A stretch of 64,000 nucleotides of DNA from Geosiphon pyriformis uo1. Its lineage: Eukaryota; Fungi; Glomeromycota. Every line of letters starts with the position of its first letter. Position 1 is the stretch's first letter. The DNA lies in contig JAAOMT010000659.1 of assembly GCA_016748015.1 (NCBI GenBank), forward strand, positions 375,222-439,221, read 5' to 3'. This document shows positions 39,590 to 53,546 of the stretch, in pieces. The translations under genes and the position numbers were made by a program. The notes beneath the pieces were generated by a model. The model worked only from the letters and a program-made list of their open reading frames with translations, had not been told where the DNA came from and made no database searches.

Positions 39590-42330
39590 TCAAATATTAT
39601 TTTTCCTATAGTAATTAATAAAGTTTTAATAAAAAAAGATTTTCTATTGTTAAAACAGCTAAATAAAACATCTTAGCAATATTTTTTTAAATATTAGTAG
39701 TAAAAAACTGTTTTTGGCAGTGTTATTTAAGTAAAAAATTAATCAAAAACTCATTAAAAAAAACACAAAAACTATGTAACAATATAAAAAAAAGTAATAA
39801 CATAAAAAATATATAATAATATATAATAATACAAAATAACTCAAGATAATATAAGATAAAACACAATAATACAAAATAATACAGAATAACTAATAATAAT
39901 ATAGAATAATTAATTATAATATAAAAAAATAAAACAATAGCTAAAATAGTAAATAATATAGTAATAACAAGCAATTGAAAGCAATTTTGTAAAATTAAAA
40001 ATTTATATAAAAATAAGTAGTTTTAGCAAATAAAAAAAACAGATCAAACAAGAATTAGTTTAATATTTTTATATTATCTTTATTCTCAAAAACTTTTTTC
40101 TCATTTTTATCTTTTAAATTCCAAATTTATTAAATAAAATATTATTGTTTAATTTATAAATCTATGATTTTAATACTTTAATTATTAAAATCTGATTAAT
40201 TGTTTTTGTTTATCTTTATTTTAAGTTAGATGCTTTTAACATAAATATTTTTAGAATTTTAATAACTTAAACCAATTACTTTTAATTATGATAATTAACA
40301 AGATACTAATTTTTATTTTTTTTATTTTTTTTTCTTATAAAATAATAACATTGAAAATTGACTGTCTGAGAATAAACTTTATAATAGCTTAATAAAAGAT
40401 AAAAGCTTTTTTTAGGTTTAGATATTAATTGTATCTTATTAACTTATCAGAAAAATAAAAAAAACAACACCAGACTTTAGTTACTGTACTTATTAACTTA
40501 AAAAGAAACACAATTATAATAATACAAGTAAAAAAAACAACATCTTTGTACTTTATAACAAAAAAACTTAATAGATAGAACTTTAGATAAAAAAATTTTC
40601 AAAAATTGATTTTATAACTTATAACCAAAATCTATTTATTTAGAAACTTTTTAGCTTCTTTTTTCTAATTACAAACATTAAAAATTACTATTATACTCTC
40701 CAATTTTACTTGTAATAATGGCTTTTAAAACATTTTTTTATTTTTGGCTGGTGGTTTTTTTTTAATTAAAGTTTTTTTTAAGAAATAAACTCAAATTAGA
40801 TTTAATATTGTTTCTACTTTTTTTAAGAGTCTAAAAGTTTTCAAAAACAAATCAGTTAACAAACTGGTCTTTTTTGTTCTTATCACTAATATTATTATTA
40901 TTATTTTGTAAATAACCAAAAAGACTAAAGAATTAAAAAAACAGCAACAGTTATTTGTATTTGTTATTATTACATTGAATTTTTTTATGATTTTAAATAA
41001 AATCTTAAATAAGATTTTTTTAATTACAACCAGTTTTTTTTCTAATATAAACAATAATAATAACAACATATTTTTTAAGATAAGTCAAAATCAACTATTA
41101 ATTGTGTTGTTAAATATAATATTTTCTAGTAAATCATTATTGATTCTAAAAATAAAACAACCTATTAAGTTATCTGATCTTAAAAATTAAACTGATTAAA
41201 TAAAAACTGAATCAATTTCTGTTTTTTTGATTTTTGGTACTGTTTTTAGTAATGCTTGGGAAATAATTTCTAATTATTAAAAATCTTCTGAATAGATAGT
41301 TTTTATTCTAATGTTTGGCTTTATTTTAAGATCAAGTTGGTCTTAATTAATTTTTTGTTTTATCTATTATTTGGCTTTGTTGAACTTAAGTTAGTTTCTA
41401 AAGACAATATTAAGTTGTTTTGTATAAATTTTGCTTTTAAGACTTCTTTGGTTATTGTTGTTAAAGTTTTTATTAATAGTTTTCTTTTTAACTATACTTA
41501 AGATTGCAAGATTTTTTGTAATAGCTTTTAATTCTTTCTTTCTTATTTTTATTGTATTTTGTAATATTTTTTTTAGTATATTTTTTAATAACATAAAAAA
41601 TACTTTTAGTATTTTTGGTGTTATTATCTTTATTAAGTTAAAGTTTGCTAGTTTATAACAATATATTATTGTTAATTTTAAGAATTCTTCTTCTGTTATT
41701 ATTGCTCTTAGTAATTAATCTGTTTAGTTAAAAAAATAATGTTTAGGTTTTTTTTTTCTCAATTAAAAAAAATTATCTTAAGAGATTTTTTTAAAACCAA
41801 ATTGGTCAATTTTTTTTTGGTTATACTGTTTTTAAAATTAATAATATAATTTCTTAAATTGATGACTATATTTATTTTATTTGTTCTTCAAATTTTTATT
41901 ATTTTTAATGTTTTACTATTGGTATTTTTAAGTCTAAAAAAGTTTAAAACTTGCTATAACAAAAACTAGTATTTTATACAAATATTAGATTTGGTAAGAA
42001 ACTTTTAATTGTTGCTGTTACTACAAATATCAAAATTTAAACCACTTGTTTATTGACTATAAGATGTTTTTTCTCTTTTTCTAAGTTGTTTTTTAAGTTA
42101 GTTGTTGGCTTTTGGTCTTTTATGTCTTTTATTATTAATAACAAATTTTATGATATAATTTTTGTTTTTCTAATTTCTTCTTTTGCTGTTTTTTAATTAT
42201 TTTTATTGTTAATTTTGCTATTAAGTTTAAGTTAAACTTCTTAAAATTTTAAATCTTAAGCTTGATTACTTTATAAAGCCTATAATTAAACTTATTGGTT
42301 TTTAGTTGTTTTAATAATTTTTTTTGTGTT
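39590..42330 (+). mobile_element. Longest, least decayed copy of repeat family X, interrupted by a solo-LTR-like insert
   Basis: Colinear with 3840-5100 and 8250-8990, and inverted relative to 6480-8215. Confidence 0.65.
39721..40717. mobile_element. Solo-LTR-like insert (997 bp)
   Basis: Termini TGTTATT...TGTAATA; TSD GCAG/ATGG (both derivable from GCGG); inverted homologue of 32946-33852. Confidence 0.7.
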
Positions 42331-42795
42331 TAAGAATATGCTCAAAAGTCACAAAATTAAGAAAAATTTGCTTACTATATTTAATGTTTTTTAAAGTTTT
42401 GCTTCAATTTTAAAGCTAAAATTGAATTTAATAACATAAATAATAATAATTTAATTATTGTCAAAACATATTTTTTAAGTAAAAAAACATGTAACTATAT
42501 GATTGCTTTGTAATAAATGTGTAGTCTTAAAATTAAGAATAGTATTAAGAAAACTAAATTGTTTTTAAGTAAGTTTATTTTTGTTTTTAAAAATTTAAAT
42601 AATATTATTAAGAGATTTAGTAAATAAAATTTACTTCTGGTTCTTTTTAGTTTAGCTTAATTAGTACTTTAATTAACTTAAGTAGTTAGTTATGTGTAAA
42701 AAATACATAATTAATATTTAATTTAAGTTATTTAATTTAATATATTGTATTAAATAATTTTTAAACACATTTTGTTAAAACATTAATAAAAAAAA
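42330..42795 (+). mobile_element. 5'-truncated non-autonomous element with the shared LINE 3' tail (candidate second HAL1-like family)
   Basis: Tail 42660-42795 aligns with the LINE 3'UTR and ends AATAAAAAAAA; the upstream decayed frame does not match the ORF2 C-terminus. Confidence 0.5.
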
Positions 42796-43102
42796 TATGT
42801 ATTATTTTTAATAAAAAATTTTTAATTTTTGGATTTCTTAATTTAAGTTTATATTAGTTTTAAAAAGTTAATTATTTTCTATAATAGCTTAATATTAAAG
42901 TGTATTTATAACTAAAATTCTAATTAAAATAGTTATTTTTTTTAATTATAAAGAAAAAATTATTAATATATTATTAACTAAAAAAAAAAAAACTTCTTTC
43001 TCTCTTATTTCCAAAAAACCCCAAAAAGCTATTTTTTAAAAAAAAAGTTTTTATTTTTTCTTGCTATCTCTTGTAAACATTTCTTAATCAGCTAATCCTT
43101 TT

Positions 43103-44987
43103 GTGGTAAACCTGGCTGCTGCTTCAAGTAGTGCTATGTCTAAAAAGAAGGCGTCCATAGGGGTTCTTCATAGTCTTATTGGAGGTTCTTTCTTCCAAAA
43201 AAAAAAGGTTTCTGTTGGTAATGTCAAGCATTCTGAAGATGAAAAAAATATCTTTTTGGTCAAACCTGGTCCTAGTTATGATGTGTATTCAGATATGGAC
43301 AGTGTATTTGGTAATAGTGAGGACAATAATATTTCTGTTTCTTTTGGTGTTGGCAATAGTTTTTTTCTTAATTTAGTGACAAACACTCCTAAAGCAAAAA
43401 AATTAGCCACCAACCTAGTCTGTGGCTTTCTTCTTGGCTCAATTGATTATAACATGAATGAAGATAATGGACCTCTCCCTCCTTCTCTTAATATCTCTCT
43501 TAAAAAGAAATGAATTGACCCGAAAATTGTCAAATCTTAAGTTAAAATGTCTGTCAAAAAGTTTTTTGTCCTTGACATCAATCTTAGTGCAATAGAAGAG
43601 AAATTAGTAATGGCAAAGACTTAGTTCATCAGAAAAATTTTTTCATTAGTCAATGGTTTTGGAGAGGCCACTACTCCCTCAAAATTTGAAGAGATCATTT
43701 AATCAACGTTTACTTTGGAAAAAAGCATGGAAATGGCTGCTTCATTGGTCAAAGTGAAAGAGATTATTGTAAACAGTGATCTCAAAAAACAAGGAATTCG
43801 TTTAAATTAGGCTGTAGTAATCAAAGAAATTTCTATAAATATGCCAAAGGAAATGATCATTACTGCAGTATCTGAATTTGGTAATATTAAGTCAATCAAA
43901 ATTCAGCTAATTGGAATGTGGCAGAAGGCTGTAGTAAAATTTGCTGAATTGAAACAGGCAAAACAATTGGCATCAAGATGGTCATTCTTCATTGAGAAGG
44001 ACTTAGTACATATGACTATGACTGTGAGAGATCAGGATACTTAGATGTTTAGGGATTGCTTTAGAGTGCTTTTATTTACTTTGCTGGTGAGAACAACTGC
44101 ACATAATCTTGGTACTTTTTTGAAAGAGATTAGGGGAAAAACTTGTGTAATCAATTGTTATCTGGAGACTGGCAACCGAACTTGCTGCACCATTGTTGGT
44201 TTTGAATCTGAAAATAAGCTTGAATCTAATTTTTGGTGGTGTGAAACTTTCTTAGACTAGATTGGACTTGGTTTGGTGTGAAAGGTGTAAGAAGTTTAGA
44301 CACTTAGCTTTGAAATGTGATGCTTCTGACATTCTGGTTTTTGCTAGTCCTAAAAAAAGCTTTAAAAAAAATGCTTCTGATGTGTATTATCTTTAATTGG
44401 CAAGATTGTATAAAAAGAAAAGTGTTCTGATTTCTTATCTTGCTGCCTTTGGCGGCAAAACTTGGGCCCAGGTGGTCTCATTCACTGGTTCTTTTGGTGG
44501 TTTTTATTTTAGTTTTGGTTCTGGTTCTGGTCTCTCTTTTTTTGGCACCTCAGATTTGAACAGTAATTCCCCTCTTGCTTTAGTTAACAACTCTTTCTTA
44601 AATTTCCATCTGGTCTCTTTAGAATGCTCCTTGGAGCTCTTGGCAGATCAGATGTCTGGTATATTGAAAAAATTAAGTTGCATAGAAATGGTACCAATGG
44701 CACTTCCTTCTGGTGTGCCTTTTTTGGCTACTTCTATCCCTTTGGTGTCACATTTGAATGTGGATATGGCTTTGAATAATGTGAAGTTGGCATCTGTTTC
44801 TCCTCTTTCAGCTATTGATGATGTGGTCCATAACTCTAGCTCGAGTTTTTCAAAGGTTTTGATCTTTAAGGTGGGCAAATTAGAATCAAAAATGGTAGCT
44901 TTTAAGATCTTAATCAGTTTAGTATTAGAAAAATTGGATCATCTGTGTTCTGGTTCAGGTTCTTCAGCTCTTCTTTCATCTCAATAA
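43103..44987 (+). pseudogene. LINE ORF1 (RRM-like region, CCHC knuckle, coiled coil), many stops
   Basis: Fragments MPKEMIITAVSEFGNIKSIKIQLIGMWQKAVVKF, CERCKKFRHLALKC and GGKTWAQVVS. Confidence 0.85.
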
Positions 44988-47900
44988 GTGGTTTGGTGTG
45001 GAAAGTGGCTATGTGTAATGTCAGAGGCATGAACAATCCTACCAAACAGAAAGATATTATTTGCTAGCACAAAAATATGGGCAATGTGATTTCTGTGGTT
45101 ACTGAAACAAAGTTAAAAAGCAAAGTCTATCCTTGGATAATGAATAAATTTAATGGTGTTTGAATGTTTACCTCTGGTTTAAAGTCTGGTTATTTGGGTT
45201 TAGACATCACCATAATTATGAATGTTTCTCTAGCAAAGCATGTGTATAAAGTTTTTGAGGTGTCTGGTCGACTCATTTCTGTAAAGCTGCTCTTTAAGAA
45301 CAAGTTTTTAGTGATGGTTTTGGGCTTGTATGTAGGTGCTACTTTGAAGAAGAAGCTGACTTACTTATATGTCATCAATTTGATGGTGGCTGAGACTTTA
45401 AATGACAGTACATTTGTTGTTCTTGGTGGTAACTTTAATAAAAATAATTCTGGTCACAGTGTGAGCTTCAAGAAGTGTTTGGATCTGGATTTGCTTGATT
45501 TTTTACATAGTTTTTTTTTGTACAGACTTCCCACATGGTCCAATTGAGAGGTGTTAAGAAGTGTATAGACTTTATTTTAGTTAGTAATGGTCTTCATAGT
45601 TTTTTTTTAACCAAAAAGTTTATTGTCTGGATGAATTTTTTGATTCTGATTACTTGGTCATTTCAGTGGACATTGGTTTAGAAGGCCTTCTTAATTCTTA
45701 GCTTATTTTGATATACAAACAGACCACAAAAGAAAAATGGAGATACAAAGTTAGTGATATTAGTGGTGAGATTTGAAAAAAGTTTGGAGATGCATTGTTG
45801 GTTGCTGTTTCAAAGACCGCTGATGATTTTGAATACCACAAAGCTAAAAGTGATATCAATAGAATGTGAACATTGCTCTGTTGGGTGGTATGCTCTGCAG
45901 TAGAAGTTACTCTCATAAAAACATGGTCTAGAGATGGCAGGTTGGTCAAAACTGCTGTATTTTTTAGATTTCACAAGTTAAAACTTTTGGTGGCAAAAAT
46001 TTTGAGTGCGTATAAGTCAGAAAATTTGGAAAGATTTTAGGCTTTAGTTAATAAATAAGTTGACTTGGACTTTGATCAAGCTGTAAAGTTTAAGAGCTTT
46101 TTGGATGATGGTCATGGCAAAATGTTGGTTGAACAATTACTGGCTCATTTTAGAAAATTGTATAGATCTCACAAGTTTTTGGACTCCAAAACTACTGAGG
46201 ATTTATGGATCTGATTGGCTATTACTAAGCACATAGAAGCTTTTGCAAACAACAAAGGTCAAATAATCAAGAGTGTATTGGAAAAGTTTTTCAGAAAAGT
46301 TATGTTAGATTACCTGATTGATAATAGAGATTTGGTTTTAGAGCCTGATTTGGTCAAGAACAAAGTAGATTCAATTATAAAGAATTGGACTAGAAAACAC
46401 ACAGTCAAATCTTCTGTTTCTTCTCATTGGCAAGGACAATTTTCTCTCCTCAATTATGTCAATAATGGTGCATTCTCTGGCATGATAAAGCAAATTGATT
46501 TTAATGAGTTTTTGTCAGTGGTCAAGAATCTTCCTGATGGCAAAGCTGCTGGTTTGTTTGGTATCTCTAATAAAATATGGAAACATTGTGATGAGTTTGT
46601 TCTGGTTCTTCTATTGCATCTGCTCAACTTGTGTTTGATATGTGAATCTGTTTCAGATGCCTGAAAAAAAGCTTGGGTATCCATGATTCCAAAACCTTAT
46701 GAGTAAAAAAGAGTCCTAACAAACACCAGACCTATTGCTCTTATTGAGACTTCTAGAAAAATTTTCTCAAAGATTCTGTCTGATCATATTTCGAGAGTTT
46801 GCAGTACACATAATGTTCTGCGTGGAGACAACTTTTCAGTATTAAAAGGCACTTCTATTCAGTCCCCTATCTTTGTTATAGAGTTTGTTGTGGAAGATGC
46901 TTTGAAAAAGGGCAGAGAACTCTGGCTGGTACTTCAGAACATGCGCAAAGCTTATGATTCAGTAGGCTGGTTACATTTGAAAAGTAGTTTGGAGAGAATC
47001 AAAATGTGTAAAAAGTTTGTCAAATTTTTTGGTAGTATTCACAATGGTCACACAAATAGGGTTATGATAGACTTTGGTTTGTTCAAGAATTATAAAGTTC
47101 ATGATGGTCTGGACTAGTGAAAGATTTTTTCTCCTCTTCTATGAAGAATTTTTTATGATTCTCTGTTGTGCGAGATGAAGAAGCATGAGTTGTTTTTCAG
47201 ATATTGGGTTGATTCTAAATTCATGGCCAGAACAGGCAGAATTGAGTCAAATGCTGGTCTGACTTCTTATTTGGCTGCTGGTGTCTTTGTAAATGATACA
47301 ATTTGAATTGGCAATTGTTGTACAGTAACACAAAACATTTTAAATATTGCTAGTAAGTTTTTTAAATTGATGGATATATTGATTAACAAGGAGAAGACAG
47401 TTGCCATTCCTATCAACCCAAGAACCAGCAATATCTCCTTGGAAGTAAGCAGGTCTCCAATTTCAATCACAAAGGCTGGTAAAATTCATTAGTATTTGGG
47501 TATTTTTCTGTTGACTAAAGGTCTTTCTGGTCCAAGTTTGAAGAAGGCAAATTCAGATGTCAAGTTTTTCTCATCCATGGTTCTGCACAAAGCTATTATG
47601 GACAAGCAGTTCTCTTATTAAGTATCAACTGTTTTATAGCCCATAGTAGAATATAGAACTCAATTTAGCTTTGTCAATAAAGGCATGTGTAAGAAATGAG
47701 ACCGTATAATTAGGAAAAGGTTGAAGTCTAAGGCCAGTTTGCTTAGAGATTTTCCTAATGAGGTGGTGCATCATCCTTCTTTGTACAATTTGAAGCTCTT
47801 TGAACAAGTTCAGACAGAGGCAAAAGTCTCATCAGTATTACAGTTTGCTAATGATAGAGGGTTAATGAATCAACTATTTGGGCATAAGTCAATGAATTTG

Positions 47901-50645
47901 CAGGTTTTGGGCTGGGTGCTTCAAAACTCTTTTCAATTTCCTATTAAGTTAATGGTCAATTCGATGAACAATTTTCTGGCTGGTGTTACTAAAATTTTTT
48001 TGTGTAATGAAATTTCCTTAGCTAATAACTTGCCCAATGTTTTTTGTTTCAAGCATAGTTTTCTTGTTTTGGATGTTTTGGGCCAAGTGCTGTATCTTCG
48101 GATTTGCAGATTACTGAAGCGTTTTGAGATTATTTTTACAGGCCAATTATTGAACAGTTATGGAGAATGTTTTAATTAGAAGAATTTTTGCCATTGGAAA
48201 CAATTGGATCCCAAAGGTCCAGTTCCCTTATAATTCACACTGGTTACAGACTTTGTCAAGGGTGGTGGTTTGGTTAAAAGTTCCTCTCCTACTTTTAAAT
48301 TCCCTTCCAAGTTGGATGTTTCTAATATAGACAGCTTTAGTTTTGTCCATTTTAGTTTAAAAGACACTTCTTTGCTGGTGTTACTGAAGGTTTTTGGTCT
48401 CTTTTCTTGAATGTTGTTAATGTTGATTTGCTGTGAATTCACGTTTTCAGGAAGTAGTTGGATCTCCAGTAACTGAATTTATCTTCAAATTATCTCCTAT
48501 AATTTGAACTGCTGGGCTTATAAGTGGAATGACCAATTTCTTGCCAGTTACTTTATGCAGTTATGTTGTAGTAAATGTCAACTCTTTCCCAGGAATTACT
48601 CATCTGGAAGCTCACTAAAAAATGTGTAGTTATTTTGCTGTGAAAGTCAATTCTTCTACAGGAATCTCATCTGTAGGCTACCCTAATAATTATGATAAGA
48701 AAAGAAAATAAAATAAAAGAAATGTAAAAGAAATAGAATTTTATCAAGAGAAACGTTTTCTATCCAGGTCTGGAGTCACTAACAGATTATTGAAATTGGT
48801 AGCTAATTAATTTCAAAATGTTAGTTGTGTTGAGGAAATTTCAAGTGTAATAATTTTAAGAATTTGTTTTTCAAATATTTAATTTTTATTTGAATGTATA
48901 AAAGATGATTTGTCTCAATTAAGATATCTAAAGTAGGATGCTATAGTAAGATACTATGGGAAGATACATTTTTTTGAAGAGAGAAGCTCTTTTTTTATAC
49001 AATTTGTTGTAGTACTAGTCTTTGAACTTACACTTTTCTCTTTGCTATAATTTGGGTGAACTAAAGATACATTTCTGTGAACTACAAGTTATTTCACAGA
49101 ACTATTGATTATTTCGGCAAATTTTCATTAATTTCTGCAAATTTTGACTATGTTAAATGGTTCGGAATATTGTGTAATTTGATCATTTTAATTTCTAGAG
49201 TACAAATCGGATTATTGATTGAGTAATGATATTTGATAATTTGATTAATTAATAAATAATAATCGAAATAATAATAATGTATGCTAATTAATAATAGGAA
49301 TTATAAAAATAATTTCATGCTAATTAATAGTTAAAATTCTACTGGTAATACCAGTGATTTCAGTTTATACTGATGGTTTGTTAAAAGTTTTGGTACTTCT
49401 AGTGCTGTTGGAGAAACTGCCATCTATTTTTCTGATCTGGGTTTGCACATAGGTGTGGAGGTCCATGGTTTGCTATCATTTACCCTAGCTGAAATGCAGA
49501 CTGTTGCACTGGTTCTTGAGTGTGTACCAGCTTTCTCAAATGTTACAGTTTTTTCTAACAGTTAGGCTTTCTTGGATGCTTGTCAGGCTGAGTTGAGGTT
49601 GGTGGCTCCTGATTTTTGCAACAGATGCTGGATAGAGCACTGTCATATTAGTAATTTGGTCAAATATAAAAACATTTCTGTTATCTGGACAAAGGTAAAA
49701 GGTTACTTTGGTGTGTTGGGCAACAAGTGCACTGATTAGTTGGCTAATCTGGCCACATTTTTAGGGCTTGTTTTTTTAGCAAACATTAAAGAAAAAGTCT
49801 TAATGGCAAATAGTAAGGTGATTTCTGGCAATACACACTGCTTCATTAAGACAATAAATGATACTGTTAGATGTTTTCAATGGGAATTTGGACCTGGTTT
49901 GAGCATTGTGGATCCTTCATGGATTAACAACATAAATTGAGTTTGTACTGTTTCAGTTTGGCACCTTAACTATCACATGTCTGTAGAATATATGAACAGA
50001 GCCACTGCTGGTTTGCATACATATTTGATAAAAGCTTTACACAAAAGACTATCTGTGGCTGTTAGAAAGTGCTTATATAATCAAAGTTATTTTAGTGTAT
50101 TGTGTATATGTTGTGGGGAAGTAAATTTCTCAGATCATAATTTTGTTTGTGGCTTGGACTTTTTAACATGTTAGAGCTTATTAAGCAAGCATTCCTCTCT
50201 TTGGAAATCTCTTATTGGGACAACTTTGTCATCATTTGCAGTCCTGCAGTCTTTGGCTTCTTCTGTTTTTAATGTTAGTCTCTATACAATTTTGTACAAG
50301 GGTTTTGTGTTTAAAGATTGGTTGGTAGATGCTAAAGCATCTTTTGTAAATACTAAGCTTGTGATGTCTAATTTGATCAAGTTTGTTCAGAATATAATCA
50401 CTGGTCATAGGGAGCAAATTTGGGTGTCTAATTCGAAACTTTGAGTTAAAATAGAGCATTATGGATTGCTACATGTGGATGGATCTTTATATGATATCAT
50501 TCGGAGTATTTCTGCTAAGATTTCAGGTAGTGTTGCTCATTTATTAGGAATTGAGAAGAATTATGCCACCAACTTTGGCCTAAGTATTGGCTGTTTGTTT
50601 TTTACTGGTGCTGTTGATAAAATTACAGTAAATATAGTTGTATAG
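44984..50645 (+). pseudogene. LINE ORF2 (AP endonuclease, reverse transcriptase, RNase H, C-terminal zinc finger), inactivated
   Basis: CNVRGMNNP, TETKL, GGNFN (APE); RPIALIET, LQNMRKAYDSVGW, FVNDTI*I (RT FVDD); VYTDG, KVKGY..GNKCTD (RNase H); CICCGEVNFSDHNFVC. Confidence 0.92.
48379..49350. mobile_element. Solo-LTR-like insert (972 bp) in LINE B ORF2
   Basis: Termini TGTTACTG...CTGGTAATA; TSD CTGG/CCAG (from CCGG); removal restores LKDTSLPVISVYTDG. Confidence 0.8.
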
Positions 50646-50776
50646 TGTAGCCTTGATTGGCCAAGTGTCTGGTCACATGTAGCAAAAGTGTGAATCACAT
50701 TTAATTTAGAACTTTAAATAGTTGTATTGTATTAGATAGTGATTGGGCTTTACTTGTTAAACTAATAAAAAAAAAA

Positions 50777-51200
50777 TTATTGACTATAATAATTACTGTT
50801 TATATTAACTAAGTAATAATACTTTAATAAATATATTAATTTAATTAATTTTTATTTATTTATTGTTTTTATATACATAATAGTAATTGATTTCTGTTTA
50901 AAAATTATTGTATTGCTTAATAAAAATAATAATTTATTGTCTTTAAATTCGAATAAAAAAATATTAAATAAATTAATGTTTTTAGTAATTTTTGTTAATA
51001 AAATAATATTATTGTTAAAAAAATTTTATTGTTGTAAAATAACTTTATTTTTAAAAAATATAATTAATAAAAATTCTGTTTTTTTGGTATTATTAAATAG
51101 CTAAATTGAATTTAGTAGTAGTTAAGTCTTTGTTGATAATTGTTTTAAAAAATTAATTAACTATTGAAATTGTTTTTATTGTTGGCTAATTAAAACTTAA
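50777..51200 (-). pseudogene. Ty3/gypsy protease relic (continues at 42980-42800 beyond LINE B)
   Basis: Decayed IFPFEF...ITAMY on this side and VLVMDAPQYQA..GNDW-like sequence on the other side of the LINE. Confidence 0.55.
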
Positions 51201-51528
51201 AAAAAAAGACTTTTATTTAAAACCAAGATAAAATTTCATCTTATTAATATAAAAATGTTTTTATGTATTTGTTTACTATTATCATTTGTTAAATAAACAT
51301 AAAATTACTAAATTTTTTGTTTTTATATTATTATTATTATTTAGTTGTATTTATACAACTTAAAATTATAATTAAATATTAAACTGGTTATAATGCATTA
51401 AACCTCTACCAGACCAACAATGTTAAACAGAATTCACTGTGTAACTAACAAAATATTTATTTGATTTACATTTTTTCAACAGGTCCCAATTTTCACGTAG
51501 TTATATCAATTACTTATTCTCATAATCT

Positions 51529-53546
51529 TCATCTCCTTTTCTTTCCTTTACTTTTTCCCCTTTTACTTTCGTTTGGATTTTTACGACCATAGCCAATCAC
51601 AGGTGGCCCAGAAGAAATTGATTTTCCGGACCCGATTAACAATCTCGGAATATAATCCGGATCAAATATATCAATAACTTTTTGTCTTCTGTATGTTTTG
51701 AGAGCCCTCTGATATTCTATTTGATCCTCGCGTAGAATAAGATTATTTGAATTATGACCACTTTTTGGATCAGGTATAGAGTACTGTTCACCCAAAAAAA
51801 AAGGATTACATAATGACTGGGACAGACAGGAAAAATGCTTTAAAAATATATTTACCTTGGTTCCACGTAAATTATAATTAAAATTCTTTTTTAGATAATA
51901 TTTGACATTGCCGTTTTCGTCGGTGGAAGTTGAAGTTCGGATAAGTGTAGGGTTGCCACAACTGGGACAAAACTGCTTCTCCATGTTTGAGGTTACTCTT
52001 TTTTAATATTTCCAACTTATATTAGAATCATATCTAAGATTTGTAAAATTTAGAAAGCTATACATTAAAATACTCACTTGAAACATGCATGACACCGAAG
52101 AACCCAATGATTTATCCTTTTAATTCTCAATCCATCAATTGATAGCAAATTCAATCTCATTTGTAACAAAACATTCTTATATGCACCGGAATATTTCAAA
52201 TGAAGAATTTAATAAGAAATTTAAAGGACTGGGATATAAAAACTGAAATCGTGTTAAGAAATCTTACTTGCATCGCATAATCAAACGTCATACACCCAAC
52301 TTTCATCAAAACTTGAGATGGCTGTTTAGCAGAATTGAAAGAAATACCAAGTTTATGTTTCTGAATATTCTTGGGGGTAATCCATTCTCCTTCACCATCA
52401 TCATTTTCTTCGTCTTCTTCCTCCTCCTCCTCCTCATCTTCTTTCTTCTCCTCCTCCTTTTCCTCCTCATCTTCTTTCTTCTCCTGCTCCTCTTTTTCAT
52501 TAGCAACAATAACAAGATTAGCTTCTTTGTGATTTGGTGAGAGTTTTGTTAAAAGAGAAGATTCTTCTGTATCCTTTTTTTGATCCAGCGATTCATGATT
52601 AATATCCTCTGGTAAATTTTTTTGTTTTTCCATATTGTCATCCTCTTGATTTTCTTTAACAGCAAAAATATATTGCTCTATTTTGATTCCTTGTTGGGTC
52701 ACATCAGTTTGAGCCGAGGAAATTATTGATTTTTCTTTCTCAGGAACGATGTGCTGGACTTCTTTTGAATTTGTTTCATTACTTGAATTATTGCCTTCCG
52801 TTATTCTTTCGATATTAGCCCGATCTGGAACATCACTCTGTGCCTTCCCATTAATTGTTTGATCCGTTTCTATTTTAATATCTGAGACAACTAATGACGG
52901 TTCAGTATCGGGTTTCGAGACGGTATTATTAGGTTTTTGTTGAAGGTTAGATTTTCGTGTATTGGGCTAAAATAATTTTATTGAGCTTTTAAATGGCTAT
53001 CCGATTTATAGGAAATTACCATTAAGATCGTGAATGTGAAAATCATTTTGAAATCACTTACCAGTACAGGCTCAGTTCTAATTCTCCTTAAACCATTGGC
53101 TTCAATTTCAAGCATATAAGTTAATGCTAAAACTTTGAGATCGACTACAGAGAGGGTTGAAAAATCGCCCGTCTTTTTCGAGAAATTTACAACTATTTAA
53201 AAAACTATTGATGAGTCCTTATCAAATCAATTAGGAAACATAAATTTTTGATCCTGGATATAGACAGACAAAAAAAAATCTTCGCTGCTCAACCTAGCAT
53301 ACCTTGTTTTAAAGAATCATCTGACGGTATAACCGTCACCAAATCAAACGGTAATTGTGCCAAATAATCACGAGATTTTTTATCCCGAATTTCAGCAAGC
53401 ACCTCAGGGACGGTATAAAATTTTTCCGCTAGGTGACGAACTGGTGTTTCTTTTATTAAGGGAGCCGAATCAAGTACTAAAGAAATTAACTTGTCTACAT
53501 TTTTTTTTTGATTTCCGGTAGAGTTTTGTACTGAGGTATCTTTCAT
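51529..53546 (-). CDS. NOB1: 20S pre-rRNA D-site endonuclease Nob1
   Basis: PIN start LVLDSAPLI..YTVPEVLAEIRD, KTGDFSTLSVVDLKVLALTYMLE, acidic linker, EGEWITPKNI, TFDYAMQ, zinc ribbon RCHACF..FCPSCGNPTL and LILREDQ; multiple GT..AG introns. Confidence 0.96.

Larger units (their letters stand above)
42981..50776 (+). mobile_element. LINE copy B: full-length non-LTR retrotransposon (ORF1; ORF2 APE-RT-RNase H-Zn finger), inactivated
   Basis: TSD TTATTAACTA (42971) / TTATTGACTA (50777) and AATAAA-poly(A). Inserted in a gypsy protease relic whose minus-strand frame continues on both sides. Confidence 0.93.
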
